Numbered from the stretch's first letter, positions 15,886 to 25,819 are shown. The stretch is 31,605 nucleotides of DNA from a virus (IMGVR_UViG_3300044674_003242:1-31605); one strand, 5' to 3'. Notes: generated by a model from the letters alone, not told the origin. Translations and numbers: made by a program.

Positions 15886-16229
15886 CAGTTCTCCAGGGCT
15901 TCGAGCACCACCGAGACGGCCGGCGTGCCCGAGCTGGCGGCCACGAAGATCGATTGCCCCGATGGGTTCGCCGACTGCGGCGCCATGCGGAACGTGACCA
16001 GCGAATCAGCCGGGAGCGCCTGGGTGTGCGTCCCGACCGCGCCACCGTCGGCGGGCTCCTCGGGGCTGGCCGGGTCGCCGTTCTTCGTGAAGGCCAGCAC
16101 GCCAGCCACACCGGTTACCGTGACCGTCACGCGGCACCGTGGCGGTAGCTGGACCTCCTGCCACGTCGTCGCAGAAGTGAACGTGTAGACTGTCGGCAGT
16201 TGCGCGGCGCGGAGATTGATGGCGGCCAT
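15885..16229 (-). CDS. Small beta-rich virion protein
   Basis: AGGAG RBS; between hub and fibre; TGATG overlap with the next gene. Confidence 0.6.
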   Translation of the reverse strand: MAAINLRAAQLPTVYTFTSATTWQEVQLPPRCRVTVTVTGVAGVLAFTKNGDPASPEEPADGGAVGTHTQALPADSLVTFRMAPQSANPSGQSIFVAASSGTPAVSVVLEALEN

Positions 16230-16248
16230 GGCGGCTCCTGGGCTTGTT

Positions 16249-17931
16249 TCAGTCTAACACCCGAGCGTCTCGCACGGGGTCCTCTGTGAAGACGATCACG
16301 AACTCCCACCCGTTGCGGGTGAGGCGCTTGCCGTCGATGACGCCGATCGCGCCGTCGAACTCCCGCAGCGGGTCGGTGACCGTCAGGGAATCGCCGACCT
16401 GCAGCCAGCCCCAGTGAAGCGGGGCGTCGTAGCTGGCCGAGAGGGTAGGCATGGCGGCCAGGCGCCCGCGCCAGCTTGCGACCTGGTTCGCTACGTCCGC
16501 ATCCCACACGAAGTCAAGGTCCAGCTCGAGCGTAGCAAGCCCCGTGCCGCGGGTGATCGCCTGGTCGAGATAGACCGACCCGGAGCGGCCAGCGCGCCGG
16601 CGGGCGATGTCGCGCGGCTCCGGTGCGGCGTTCGCGTCGGCCAGCCATGTGACCTGCTGCGTGTAGTCACCCGTCGATGCGTCCTTCGCGAAGTTGACCG
16701 TCACCTGTCGGGGCACGTCCTCGGGCTCCGTCTCGAGCGACACGGGGCCGGTCGGGGTCCAGTCGCCCGCCGACTCGGCCGCCGGGGTGTCCACCGTGCG
16801 GACATGCGCCACCGTCTCGGAGGACCGGAGCGCCGGGTCGTAGACGACGGGGGATAGCCCTTGGCGGGTGTAGCGGTACGCGATCGGCAGTAGCGGGAGG
16901 ATGTGCGCTTGCACCACGTCCCACACGGTCGAGTCGTCGTTGACGTACCCGCCGATCTCAATCCCCGCGAAGGTGGTAGCCAGGGCCAGCCACGCCGGGA
17001 GATCGACCGGCGCCGAGCCCAGTGCGAACAGGTAAGCCGCCGCCTCGACGGCGTTGCCAAGGCCCGACCCGTAGCCGTTCGCGCCTGCGCCGCTGGTCCA
17101 GCTCGCGTAAAACTGCCCCGAGGTGGCATCCAGGCCGCCGATCGAGCAGTACGTCACCTCCTGAAAGTAGGAGTCGATGTAGAGCACCGTCGTAGACGAC
17201 TGCGCGGCGCCGGATGAGTCGAACGTCCGCACCGTGTCGGCGGCGACTTGGCCGAGCGCGAGCATCAGCCACACGGCGTTCCCCGAGCCGTCCCGCTCGA
17301 CAGCGTAAACCGGGGCGCCCGGTACTGATGCCGTGCCTGGTGCCCCGAGGATGAGCGGAAAGCGCTTCCCGATTGCCTCGTCACCGGGCGGGCCAATGAG
17401 CCCCGATCCACCCGTAAAGCGATCCTCGCTCACCACCTTGTCGGGGCGAATCAACGGGGACCGCTCATTCCACGGCGCCGCCTCAAGCGTGAACTCGACC
17501 AGCCCCGGCGGTGCGGACGGGTCGCCCCACGATGGCGAGCGCACGCGGCCCGACACCTGCAGCCACATCTCCCCGTGCGTCAGGTCGGACACAGGGACGG
17601 CCAGCGCGCGGTCGGCCGTCTGGCACACCGTCAGGTAGAGATCGGCCGTCGCCCCGAGCCAGTCGTGCCCGCGCGCCACCAGCTTCGCCACCGCCACCGG
17701 CAGCAGCGCGCGGATCGTGGCCGACAGGTCGGGCGTGGTGAACTTTAGGCGCCCCAGCTGCTCGTTGAACGCCACAGGGTCGAGGCCGCCCGCATAGGAC
17801 AGCATCGTACCGTCGTCGGCCTTCACGTCGATCGGCTCGGAGGCCACGCGGTAGGTCGTCCCGCCGTGGTGCAGGTCGAGGCACCAGACGGGGGTAGTCC
17901 CTACCAGGTCGGCCGGTCGGATGCGCCTCAT
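16249..17931 (-). CDS. Putative tail tip/hub protein
   Basis: Second gene after the tape measure; RFPLILG, VTVNFAKD, LQVGDSLTVTD patterns typical of hub proteins. Confidence 0.65.
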   Translation of the reverse strand: MRRIRPADLVGTTPVWCLDLHHGGTTYRVASEPIDVKADDGTMLSYAGGLDPVAFNEQLGRLKFTTPDLSATIRALLPVAVAKLVARGHDWLGATADLYLTVCQTADRALAVPVSDLTHGEMWLQVSGRVRSPSWGDPSAPPGLVEFTLEAAPWNERSPLIRPDKVVSEDRFTGGSGLIGPPGDEAIGKRFPLILGAPGTASVPGAPVYAVERDGSGNAVWLMLALGQVAADTVRTFDSSGAAQSSTTVLYIDSYFQEVTYCSIGGLDATSGQFYASWTSGAGANGYGSGLGNAVEAAAYLFALGSAPVDLPAWLALATTFAGIEIGGYVNDDSTVWDVVQAHILPLLPIAYRYTRQGLSPVVYDPALRSSETVAHVRTVDTPAAESAGDWTPTGPVSLETEPEDVPRQVTVNFAKDASTGDYTQQVTWLADANAAPEPRDIARRRAGRSGSVYLDQAITRGTGLATLELDLDFVWDADVANQVASWRGRLAAMPTLSASYDAPLHWGWLQVGDSLTVTDPLREFDGAIGVIDGKRLTRNGWEFVIVFTEDPVRDARVLD

Positions 17932-20900
17932 AGCTCTGGCTCCAGCGTGAGCGTGCCCACGGTCATCGTCTCGTCTGTCCCTTCGTCGCCGACCGCGTGG
18001 GTGACGGTGAGCCCGTCGGGGACGTAGGCCAGAAGATACTCGTACCAGCGGGTCAACTGTCGCACGTCGCCAGCCGCCGCGCGCTCGATCTTCGGCAGGT
18101 ACACGACCGGGTGGGAGCCCAGCCCGGCGAGCTCATGCTGCAGGTCGTAGACCGTCGCCGCCCACGTCGCCGGGCCGGTGATCCCGCTGGTGGCCGTGGT
18201 GGTGATGTAGGTGGGTTCGGCGGTGCCGTCATGGAACTGGCGCGAATCCACGCCCCCGGTCCAGGCCACGTCTACGGCCATGCCCGCCGGGGTAGGCTGC
18301 GCCGCCTGGATGGCGCCGTCCTGCTGCCGACGGTACGCCGTGCCGAGTACCTGCTCAGTGCGCCGGCCCCAGTCGGTCGGCTGGCCGCTCACCCACACCG
18401 GGCCGAACATCAACGACCCGATCTCGAACCAGCCCTCGACGGTGTCCTGCACGTCGATGACCAGACGCCAGCCGGCGGCGGCCGTGGCGGCGGCGTGCTC
18501 GAAGACCACGCACAGGTTCCGCGCCGAGAGCACGGCGTCGGTCGAGGTGGCCTCGGTGTTGTCGATCTTGTCGAGCATCAGGGACGCCCGCGGGCCGGCG
18601 GTGGTGCCGGTTGCCCAGCGCCCGCCCCGGTTCGCCTTGATGCGGCGCACGACGCCGGGCGGGGCGAGTTCGCGGTAGTCCCAGCCGATCAACTCCTGGC
18701 CGGCGATCTGGTGCGTGGTGTCGGCCGACGGTACGACCGTGGCGCCCGTGCGGGTACAACCCAGGTTCCCGAAGGCGGTGGCGGCGTCGATCGTGGTCAC
18801 CGTCACCCACGCGGCGCCGGTGTAGCGCTGGATGGACCCAAAGCGCCAGTTGATGCCGGCCAGGTGGAGCCCGAGCAGCGGCGAGCCGACGGCGCTATCC
18901 ACCGTCCCGAGCAGGTCGGGGTCGAGCGACAGGGCGATCGTCACCTGCGCCGTGTCATCGACCGAGCGCCACCGGACGCGGGGCGAGCGGGCATACGACG
19001 GCCAGACCCGCTCGATCGGGTACTCGTAGGCCGGGGCCAGCGTCCAGCTATCCGACGCCATCGCCGGCCCGTCCACAGCGCGCACCGACACACCGCCCGA
19101 CACGTAGACGGGCAGGGATGACATCGGCGTGAGCGACAGGTGGTCGGGATTGTCGGTGGCGGCGGCCCACACGTCCCAGGTGTAGGCCGAACCGGCCAGA
19201 CAGGTCGAGGTCGTGGTATCGCCGACGGTCCAGTGCGGCCCATGGTAGACCTCGAGGTCAGCCTGCGTCACGCCGTTGGAGAGGCTGCCGAACTGGACCC
19301 GGTTGGAGCCTACCGTGCCGCCGTCGTCAGCGAGAGAGTAGGCCCCCACGAACGTCCAGGTTCGGTCCTCGGATTGGTCCCACGACCGATACCAGACCCG
19401 GCAGCGCTTGACAGTCGCGTCCTCGCTCGCGTAGACGCCGATCCGCCATTCCCGCACCTCATCGGCGAGCCCGGTGACGAGCGCCTTTTGGACCGGCGTT
19501 ACCCGGTCGTAGACGCCGAACTCGCTCGCCGACAGGTAGATCCCCACCTCGACGCCTCGCGTACCGTCATCGACCCGGAACGCAAACGCGCACCGGTCGG
19601 CCGTGCTCGAGGCGCCGCTATTCGAGCCCTTCGCGGCGAACGTGGCGACCATCAGCGCGTCGCCGGTGGTGCCGTCGGTGGCCGTCACGAAGAACCGGCT
19701 CGAGGTGGCCCCGTCGCCGCTCGTCAGGATCTCGGAACCGTCTGACTGCAGGCTGTTCGAGGTGACGCCGGCCGTGGTGGCCGTCCACATCGTCAGGTCT
19801 TGCGCCCGCTCGATCGGGAGAAGCGTGTACTGCCACGGATGGCGGTCGGTCAGCTCGGCGCCCGCCTCGATCGGCGCGATCGTGAGGTCGGAGTAGCCCC
19901 CGAGGTAGGCCAGGGCCAGGCTCTCATCGTTGGTTCCGGTGGTGGCTACCCAGGTGTGCGCCATGATCGCGCGGCCCCGTTGCCAGGTGGCGGCCAGCCC
20001 CGTGAGGTAGGCCCCGGCGTTGCTCGCCGCGCCCGTGCGATCAATGCCCCACAGGCTTGAGGTCCCCGTGCCGGGCGTGTCCGAACTACCCACCGTCTCC
20101 CACTTCTCGCCGTCATCCTCGGAGAACAGCACGCGGATCCGCTGCTTGTCGTTGTCCGCAGTGTCGGCGACCCGGTAGTAGAGCCACAGCAGCCCCACAT
20201 CATCGGCGACCAGCGTGATGTCGGCGTCGGTCTGTCGCGGCGGCCCGGTGGTCGCCAGGCTCCCGGCGGCCTGCCCGGTGTCGGTGCCTCCGATCGAGTC
20301 ATACGCCGAGCCGCTGCGGCCGACGTAGATCGTGCCGTCGGTTGCGGCCAGCGCCTTGATGAACATGCCACCGGCGGCGATTACGGCCGTCTGCCCGGCG
20401 GCGGGCGCCACGGCCGACGCCGTGTCAAGCCGCACGCGCTCGAGCTTCGTGGCGAGGTTTGAGCTGGCCCACTGCGCCATCACGTCGGCATTGTAGAGCG
20501 TGATGGCGCTGCTGATGTTCTCCCAGAAATGCGCCACGACCACCACCTGGCCGCGCAGGTAGGCCGCCGACAGGTGGCGCGGTTCGTACTGCTTCGACCC
20601 GGTGAATCCGACCGTCTCGACCACGCCGCGCAGGCGAGTCGCGCGCTGTCGCACCGTCTCCCAGGTCGCGCCCCCGTCGAGGCTCATCTGCACGCGCAGG
20701 AAGAACTCATCCACCGCCGAGCCGGTGCCCGGTGCCCAATGCAAGCAGAATAGGCGGTCCCCGCACTCCACCAGGCACGGCGTCAGACCATGGCCGAGCG
20801 TGGCCCCATCGTGGATCGTGACCTTGCTTGAGATCGTGCCGTCGGTGTCCCGGTAGCGGGTGACGATGCTTGTGGACGGCGCCTCCTGCGCCACCACGAC

Positions 20901-21314
20901 CACGCGGTCGCGGTAGGCATCCTGGCGCAGCGTGATGGCGTCAGGGTGCGACAGACCCGTCCCCGCGCCGGTGCGCCAGTCGATGATCTCCCGCCCCGAG
21001 AAGGTCGCAGGGATCTCGCGGCCCCGGTAGGCATTGGCGCCGTCGCCGCTGTTCTTCCATGCGATCCCAGCCGCGCGCGGGTCGCGCCCCACCGGGCCGC
21101 CTTCGACGGCGAGCAGGTCGAGCACCGTACCGTCAGCCTGCGCGCCAGCGGCCAGCAGAAGCGCCTCAGTGTCCCGTGACGGCACCGGGCGCCCCGGTCG
21201 AGGGCTGGCCTCGGTGTAGGTCGATTCGGCGTCCCAGAGCGCCGCAGGCTGGCGCGTGCGCACGTCGGGGATGAGGAGGCCCTGGTACTGGTCGCGGTTC
21301 TTGGCGGTCATCAC
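17928..21314 (-). CDS. Large tail protein (1128 aa) with Asp-box/BNR repeats; distal-tail position
   Basis: SLDGGATWETV and SEDDGEKWETV Asp-boxes; directly follows the tape measure. Confidence 0.7.
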   Translation of the reverse strand: MMTAKNRDQYQGLLIPDVRTRQPAALWDAESTYTEASPRPGRPVPSRDTEALLLAAGAQADGTVLDLLAVEGGPVGRDPRAAGIAWKNSGDGANAYRGREIPATFSGREIIDWRTGAGTGLSHPDAITLRQDAYRDRVVVVAQEAPSTSIVTRYRDTDGTISSKVTIHDGATLGHGLTPCLVECGDRLFCLHWAPGTGSAVDEFFLRVQMSLDGGATWETVRQRATRLRGVVETVGFTGSKQYEPRHLSAAYLRGQVVVVAHFWENISSAITLYNADVMAQWASSNLATKLERVRLDTASAVAPAAGQTAVIAAGGMFIKALAATDGTIYVGRSGSAYDSIGGTDTGQAAGSLATTGPPRQTDADITLVADDVGLLWLYYRVADTADNDKQRIRVLFSEDDGEKWETVGSSDTPGTGTSSLWGIDRTGAASNAGAYLTGLAATWQRGRAIMAHTWVATTGTNDESLALAYLGGYSDLTIAPIEAGAELTDRHPWQYTLLPIERAQDLTMWTATTAGVTSNSLQSDGSEILTSGDGATSSRFFVTATDGTTGDALMVATFAAKGSNSGASSTADRCAFAFRVDDGTRGVEVGIYLSASEFGVYDRVTPVQKALVTGLADEVREWRIGVYASEDATVKRCRVWYRSWDQSEDRTWTFVGAYSLADDGGTVGSNRVQFGSLSNGVTQADLEVYHGPHWTVGDTTTSTCLAGSAYTWDVWAAATDNPDHLSLTPMSSLPVYVSGGVSVRAVDGPAMASDSWTLAPAYEYPIERVWPSYARSPRVRWRSVDDTAQVTIALSLDPDLLGTVDSAVGSPLLGLHLAGINWRFGSIQRYTGAAWVTVTTIDAATAFGNLGCTRTGATVVPSADTTHQIAGQELIGWDYRELAPPGVVRRIKANRGGRWATGTTAGPRASLMLDKIDNTEATSTDAVLSARNLCVVFEHAAATAAAGWRLVIDVQDTVEGWFEIGSLMFGPVWVSGQPTDWGRRTEQVLGTAYRRQQDGAIQAAQPTPAGMAVDVAWTGGVDSRQFHDGTAEPTYITTTATSGITGPATWAATVYDLQHELAGLGSHPVVYLPKIERAAAGDVRQLTRWYEYLLAYVPDGLTVTHAVGDEGTDETMTVGTLTLEPEL

Positions 21315-23191
21315 CAGCCTCCAGGGCCGTTAGCCCGATCTCTGTTCACGGCGTCCCTATCCGGGCCGGGGCGTCGGTAGGCATCCCGGCGGGCGCGGTC
21401 GTAGGTGCGACCCTGGTAGGACGGGATCGCAACCACCTCGACCATCGGCCGACGGTCGGAGCCGCGGGCGCGGTCCACCTGCGCGGCCATGTCGTCGAGG
21501 TCTTTGCCCGCTACCACCATGTCGCCCGGTGCGACGCCGATCGGGCCGCCGCTGGGCATCTGAATCACGCCGGGGGTATCGTTAAACGACGGCTTCTGCG
21601 AGGCGATGAGCGCGACCTGCGCGGCCACCGTCGCCGTGATGCCAGCCGCCGCGATCGGGCCAGCGACCGGGCCGAGCATGGCAAGGGCGCGGGTCTTCGC
21701 AATGGCGCCATTGATGATCGCCTCGGCGATGGCGGCGCCCTTCGCGGCGATGAACAGGGCGCGCGCGGCGCCTTTGTTCTCCTCGGCGATGATCTGCGCG
21801 GCGGCTCCGGCGGCGTCAGCGATCCCGCCCATGAGCCCCGCGTAGCTGCTGCGCATCTGCTCCAGTTGACGCGCGGCGGCGATCTGCTCGGCCATGGCGG
21901 CGTCAGCTTTGAGCTTCGCCAGTTCTTCGGCGTGCCTGACCTCGGCCTCGGCGACCTCGGTGTCCCGCTGCGCCTGCGCTTCGGTGAACGCCGCGTCAAG
22001 TTCGGCGGTGTACCCCAGCCGCTCGGCGATCTGGTCGAGCAGTTCGACCCGGCGCTCGTACAGCGCGTTGGCCTGGTCGATCGCTTCGTTGCCGCTCCCG
22101 CCCTCGAGGTCGGACTGCAGCCCGGCGAGCTGTTCGCGGGCCTCGCGCTCGGCGGCCAGTCCGGTGAGCAGGTCGGAGCGCCCGGCGCGGTCGGCCGCCT
22201 GCGCCTCGGTGAGCGCGCGCAGGGCGGCAGCTTGATCGCGCGATGCGTCGGCGTGCTTGCCTTTCTCCTTCGCGGCCGCTTTCGTGGCCTCGGTTTCGTT
22301 CTGGTCGGCGTTGATCTGCGCGATCGTCGCCTCTGTCTCCTCTCGAACAGCAGCAATCCTCGCACGCGCGGCGGGCATCTCCTGGCGTAGCGCGTCGAGG
22401 CGCAGGCGCGCGGCGATCGTGTCGGCCTGGTTCAGCTTGCCCGAATCGACCGCCGCCTGGAGTTCTTGCCGCTGCACCTCGAGGCGCGCCCAACGGGCGG
22501 CCGTCTCGCGCATGATGACCCGCTGCGATTCGCGTGCCGTCTCAACCGTCTTGATGTGGGCGGCGTCGGTGGCTGTCAGCCCCGCCTGGACCGATAGAAG
22601 CGCGTCACCAGCCGCCGTGCTGGCCTCGGCGAGCGTGCGGGTCGCCGACGCGGCGGCCAGGATGAGCGCCGGGTCGAGCGCCTGGTAGGTGCCTTCCGCC
22701 GACGCGCGCACGGCGGCCAGCTCCGTCTCCACCTCGTCCAGCCCGTTCGCGAGCACCGATGCGGCGGCCACCGCGGCGGCCATCGCGAGCCCAACCGGAC
22801 CCGCCAGCGCACCGGCCATCGCCTTCGCGGCGGCCGTGGTTAGCGCCATGTTCGATTGCACGACCTGGAGGCCCTGCTGCGTGAAGACCTGCGCCGGGGG
22901 CGTGCCCGCCGAAAGCTGCGACACCACGTCGGGAAGCTGCATCGCGAGCGACTGCGACGCCTGCGCCGCTTGGCTGGCGCTTCGGCTGTAGGCCCGCGTA
23001 CCCTGGGTGATCCCGCTGGCCGCCTTCTCGGCGCGGCGCTGCTGCTTCTCGACCGCCTTGAGCGACTTGGTAAGCTCCCGCACCGAGCGGCGCGCGCTGG
23101 CGGCCGTCTCCTCGGGTAGCGCCCGCAGCTTCTTCTCGATGTCCCGAATGTCGGCCGTATAGGTCAGCCCGATCGTATTCGCGGCGGCCAT
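21311..23191 (-). CDS. Tail tape measure protein
   Basis: Ala-rich helical 626 aa; QLPDVVSQLSAGTPPAQVFTQQGLQV lambda-type TMP motif; C-terminal AQVALIASQKP. Confidence 0.9.
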   Translation of the reverse strand: MAAANTIGLTYTADIRDIEKKLRALPEETAASARRSVRELTKSLKAVEKQQRRAEKAASGITQGTRAYSRSASQAAQASQSLAMQLPDVVSQLSAGTPPAQVFTQQGLQVVQSNMALTTAAAKAMAGALAGPVGLAMAAAVAAASVLANGLDEVETELAAVRASAEGTYQALDPALILAAASATRTLAEASTAAGDALLSVQAGLTATDAAHIKTVETARESQRVIMRETAARWARLEVQRQELQAAVDSGKLNQADTIAARLRLDALRQEMPAARARIAAVREETEATIAQINADQNETEATKAAAKEKGKHADASRDQAAALRALTEAQAADRAGRSDLLTGLAAEREAREQLAGLQSDLEGGSGNEAIDQANALYERRVELLDQIAERLGYTAELDAAFTEAQAQRDTEVAEAEVRHAEELAKLKADAAMAEQIAAARQLEQMRSSYAGLMGGIADAAGAAAQIIAEENKGAARALFIAAKGAAIAEAIINGAIAKTRALAMLGPVAGPIAAAGITATVAAQVALIASQKPSFNDTPGVIQMPSGGPIGVAPGDMVVAGKDLDDMAAQVDRARGSDRRPMVEVVAIPSYQGRTYDRARRDAYRRPGPDRDAVNRDRANGPGGW

Positions 23192-23848
23192 CTATGCCTC
23201 CCGAGCCAGGCGGGTGAGTTGTTCGCGCAGCGTCTCGATGACCTTCGGCGCCGCCTTGCGTGCGGGGCTGCGGACCATCTTCGTCCATGCGATCTTGCCC
23301 TGTAGGTCCGTCGGGGCGCCCTGTCCGTGCCGATCGGCCATCTCTGCGGCGTAGTTCGCCACCGTTGACGCCGCATCGACGCCCTTCGGTTTCGCCGACA
23401 GGTTCGACGCCTTGACCAGTTCTTTCCGCTTGTTGATGAACACCCGTTGACGTTGGCCCACATGCTTCACCGGCGCCGCATACGCTTCGGCCTCGGCCGC
23501 AATCCGGCGGATCGTCCGCATCTCGGCCTCGATCTGCTCAGGGCCACGAACCGAGAAGCGCACAAACCAGGCGTAGCCCTTCGGCGCGCGCGGCATGGTC
23601 GCGTCGTTGTAGAGCCCGACCGCCAGCTTGTCGCGGCGCACCGAGGCGCGCACGTCGAAGGCTGCGCGGCTGCGACCCGTGCGGACGGGCCAGCGGGCCA
23701 TCGCGCCGGTCTTGACCTCTTCGAGCGCCTTAGAGGCCACGTCGATGAACTGCGAGGCGGCGCCCTGGCTCACCCGGTCGATGTGGCGCACCAGCGCGGC
23801 ATCGTCAACGGTGATTGAGGCCGCTCCGCTGGTGTATCGCTCGGTCAT
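23192..23848 (-). CDS. HK97 gp10-like tail completion protein
   Basis: AMARWPVRTGRSR...GYAWFV pattern. Confidence 0.65.
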   Translation of the reverse strand: MTERYTSGAASITVDDAALVRHIDRVSQGAASQFIDVASKALEEVKTGAMARWPVRTGRSRAAFDVRASVRRDKLAVGLYNDATMPRAPKGYAWFVRFSVRGPEQIEAEMRTIRRIAAEAEAYAAPVKHVGQRQRVFINKRKELVKASNLSAKPKGVDAASTVANYAAEMADRHGQGAPTDLQGKIAWTKMVRSPARKAAPKVIETLREQLTRLAREA

Positions 23849-24364
23849 GCTCGGCCCGCCTCAGTCGGTGATCTGCCAGGATTAGCGCCTGCTCCGTCCT
23901 GTCCAGTGTATCCCACCATCGCGGCGGCTGACCGTACTCCCGGCAGAGTTGGAGCACGACACGGACTAAGCCCCCGCCGCCTCGGGGGCGTCGGAGAAAT
24001 CCGCGGCGTTAGCCACCTCCACCTCAGACAGACCGGACGACACCGCCCACGCCCGCGCGGTGTGGAGGATGGCGGCGAGGTCGGCGAGCTTGAGGCCCGA
24101 CTCAGGGTAGAGCGCGTCCAGCACCTCGGCCCCGTAGCTGCCCACGTCCTGCCCAAGCTTCAGCGGGCGCGGGCGCTTGCGGGCGGGCCAGGCCACGTCG
24201 TCGGGCCATGCGGCGCGCAGGGCAGCGGCGCCGATCGCCAGCGTGAAGCCAGGGTCAGCGGCGCGCGGGTCGTCGGGCGGCACCGCCAGCGATACCGCGG
24301 CAGTGATGCCGACGGGGCGCAGCGTGGCCTCGACGGCGCCGATCTTGATGTGGGGTGCGTCCAT
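23805..24364 (-). CDS. Predicted -1 frameshift-extended tail assembly chaperone (gpGT analogue, about 186 aa)
   Basis: Slip site GGATTTC (24002-23996), hairpin 6 nt downstream, -1 frame open for 63 codons: LVRVVLQLCREYGQPPRWWDTLDRTEQALILADHRLR. Confidence 0.7.
23966..24364 (-). CDS. Tail assembly chaperone (gpG analogue)
   Basis: 132 aa immediately after the tail tube gene; GAGGAGG RBS. Confidence 0.75.
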   Translation of the reverse strand: MDAPHIKIGAVEATLRPVGITAAVSLAVPPDDPRAADPGFTLAIGAAALRAAWPDDVAWPARKRPRPLKLGQDVGSYGAEVLDALYPESGLKLADLAAILHTARAWAVSSGLSEVEVANAADFSDAPEAAGA

Positions 24365-24392
24365 GTGTCCTCCTCAGACGGGGCGCGGGTAG

Positions 24393-24872
24393 CTATCGGG
24401 CAGACACCACGTCGGTCCCGTCGAACTGCATCGGGCCGACGATCTGAAACGAGAAGCTGATCGTGCTCGTCTCGCCCTCGGTGATCTCGATCCCGGTCAA
24501 CACGGCGTCTTCGCCGGTGATGTCGCGCGACTCGGCGCCGTAGTCGAACGAGAAGTCGAAGTCACAGGCGGCGTAATCGCCGAGGCCCACCGTGGTCGAG
24601 GTGAACCCGGCCGTCTCGCCCAGCGCGAGGATCTGGAAGGCGGCCGACGGGCCGGCCAGGATGGCGGTCACCGACAGCGTGGGGTAGGCGCGGGCGCCCT
24701 TGCGGACGCCGACGGTCGCGCCGCGCGACTGGCTGACGATGAGCTCGCGGCCGTCGGGCACCAGACCCGACACCGAGAGGTCGCCCTGGGACATCAGGAG
24801 CGTCGCGCTGTTCGCGTTGTCGTCGGTGAGAGTGAACACGCCGTCGGTGAAGTTGGCGGGGATGTTGGACAT
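24393..24872 (-). CDS. Major tail tube protein
   Basis: 159 aa, acidic, beta-rich, precedes chaperone and tape measure. Confidence 0.7.
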   Translation of the reverse strand: MSNIPANFTDGVFTLTDDNANSATLLMSQGDLSVSGLVPDGRELIVSQSRGATVGVRKGARAYPTLSVTAILAGPSAAFQILALGETAGFTSTTVGLGDYAACDFDFSFDYGAESRDITGEDAVLTGIEITEGETSTISFSFQIVGPMQFDGTDVVSAR

Positions 24873-24890
24873 GGGGAGAGTCCTTCCGCG

Positions 24891-25388
24891 CTACTGCGCG
24901 ACGATGAGCCAGAGGGTGTAGGTCGCACCGGCGGCCGCGGTGGCCTCCGTCACGTTGAACTTCGAGTCGGTCGTCACGTCGAGGCCGGCAGCGCCGTAGC
25001 TGAAGCCGACGGTCGCGCCGGTCGTGAGGTTGATCCCGTCCGAGCCCGCCTTGAAGATGCCGATCGGGTTCGTCGCGTCGCCGGTCATCTCGATCATGCC
25101 GGTATCACAGCGGAGGATCAGGGCCTTGAGCTCGTCGGCGTCGATGGCCTGGCCGAGCGCGTCGGTGAGCCCGCCAGCGGCGAGCAGGTCGTAGGCGTCG
25201 GTCGCGCCGGACCCCACCGAGCCCGACACCATGTAGACCCGATCGACCTGACCCGAGGCGGTGCCGTTGCGCCAGCCTTCGCCCCCGGTCACGTTCTCGA
25301 GCGTGTGACCGATGGACTGCGAGAAGGGCGAGGCGGGCTGGAGGTCAGCACGGCCGACGATGTGAAAGCGGGCAGAGACGGTGCTCAT
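24891..25388 (-). CDS. Conserved virion structural protein of unknown function
   Basis: ATG 25388 in ATGA overlap; NGTASGQVDRVY...YDL...LTDALGQAI pattern; Gly/Thr-rich. Confidence 0.65.
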   Translation of the reverse strand: MSTVSARFHIVGRADLQPASPFSQSIGHTLENVTGGEGWRNGTASGQVDRVYMVSGSVGSGATDAYDLLAAGGLTDALGQAIDADELKALILRCDTGMIEMTGDATNPIGIFKAGSDGINLTTGATVGFSYGAAGLDVTTDSKFNVTEATAAAGATYTLWLIVAQ

Positions 25389-25819
25389 CGGACGGGCCTG
25401 GGGATGCGGAGGTCGATGGAGATCCGGGTGCCCACCCACTCGGCGCTAATGGCCTCGAGCGTGTACCCGGTCGGACGGTAGCGGAGCCCGTTTGCGGGGC
25501 GGTGCGCCTCGAGCCAGTCCCATACCGCGCGGGTCGCGGCGTGGATGCGGGCCTGCGCGAGACTGTCATCGTCGGGGCTGTAGCGGTGGACGATCAGCAC
25601 CTGCGCGGCGTGCGTCATCAGGCCGGGCGTACCGGTGCAGCCCCCGAGGTCAATCCAGACCTCCAGGTGCTTCGATCCGCCGCGCTCGGCGTCGATGTAG
25701 CGCGCCTGGCGGAACCGGTCAGCCGGTCCCCATTGGAACGGAGACGTATCCAGGGCCTCGATCCCCGTTGCCAGGTCTTCGAGCACTTCCCGGTAGAAGT
25801 CGGCGCCGGTGACTACCAC
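25385..25819 (-). CDS. Putative tail terminator/completion protein, about 144 aa
   Basis: GTG 25819 overlapping adaptor stop; size, position and helix-strand pattern. Confidence 0.55.
   Translation of the reverse strand: MVVTGADFYREVLEDLATGIEALDTSPFQWGPADRFRQARYIDAERGGSKHLEVWIDLGGCTGTPGLMTHAAQVLIVHRYSPDDDSLAQARIHAATRAVWDWLEAHRPANGLRYRPTGYTLEAISAEWVGTRISIDLRIPRPVR

Noticed and set aside
23845-24156. 103-aa ORF as the chaperone extension
   Set aside because: Corresponds to the other alternative frame and has a non-protein-like sequence; the -1 frame ending at 23805 fits better
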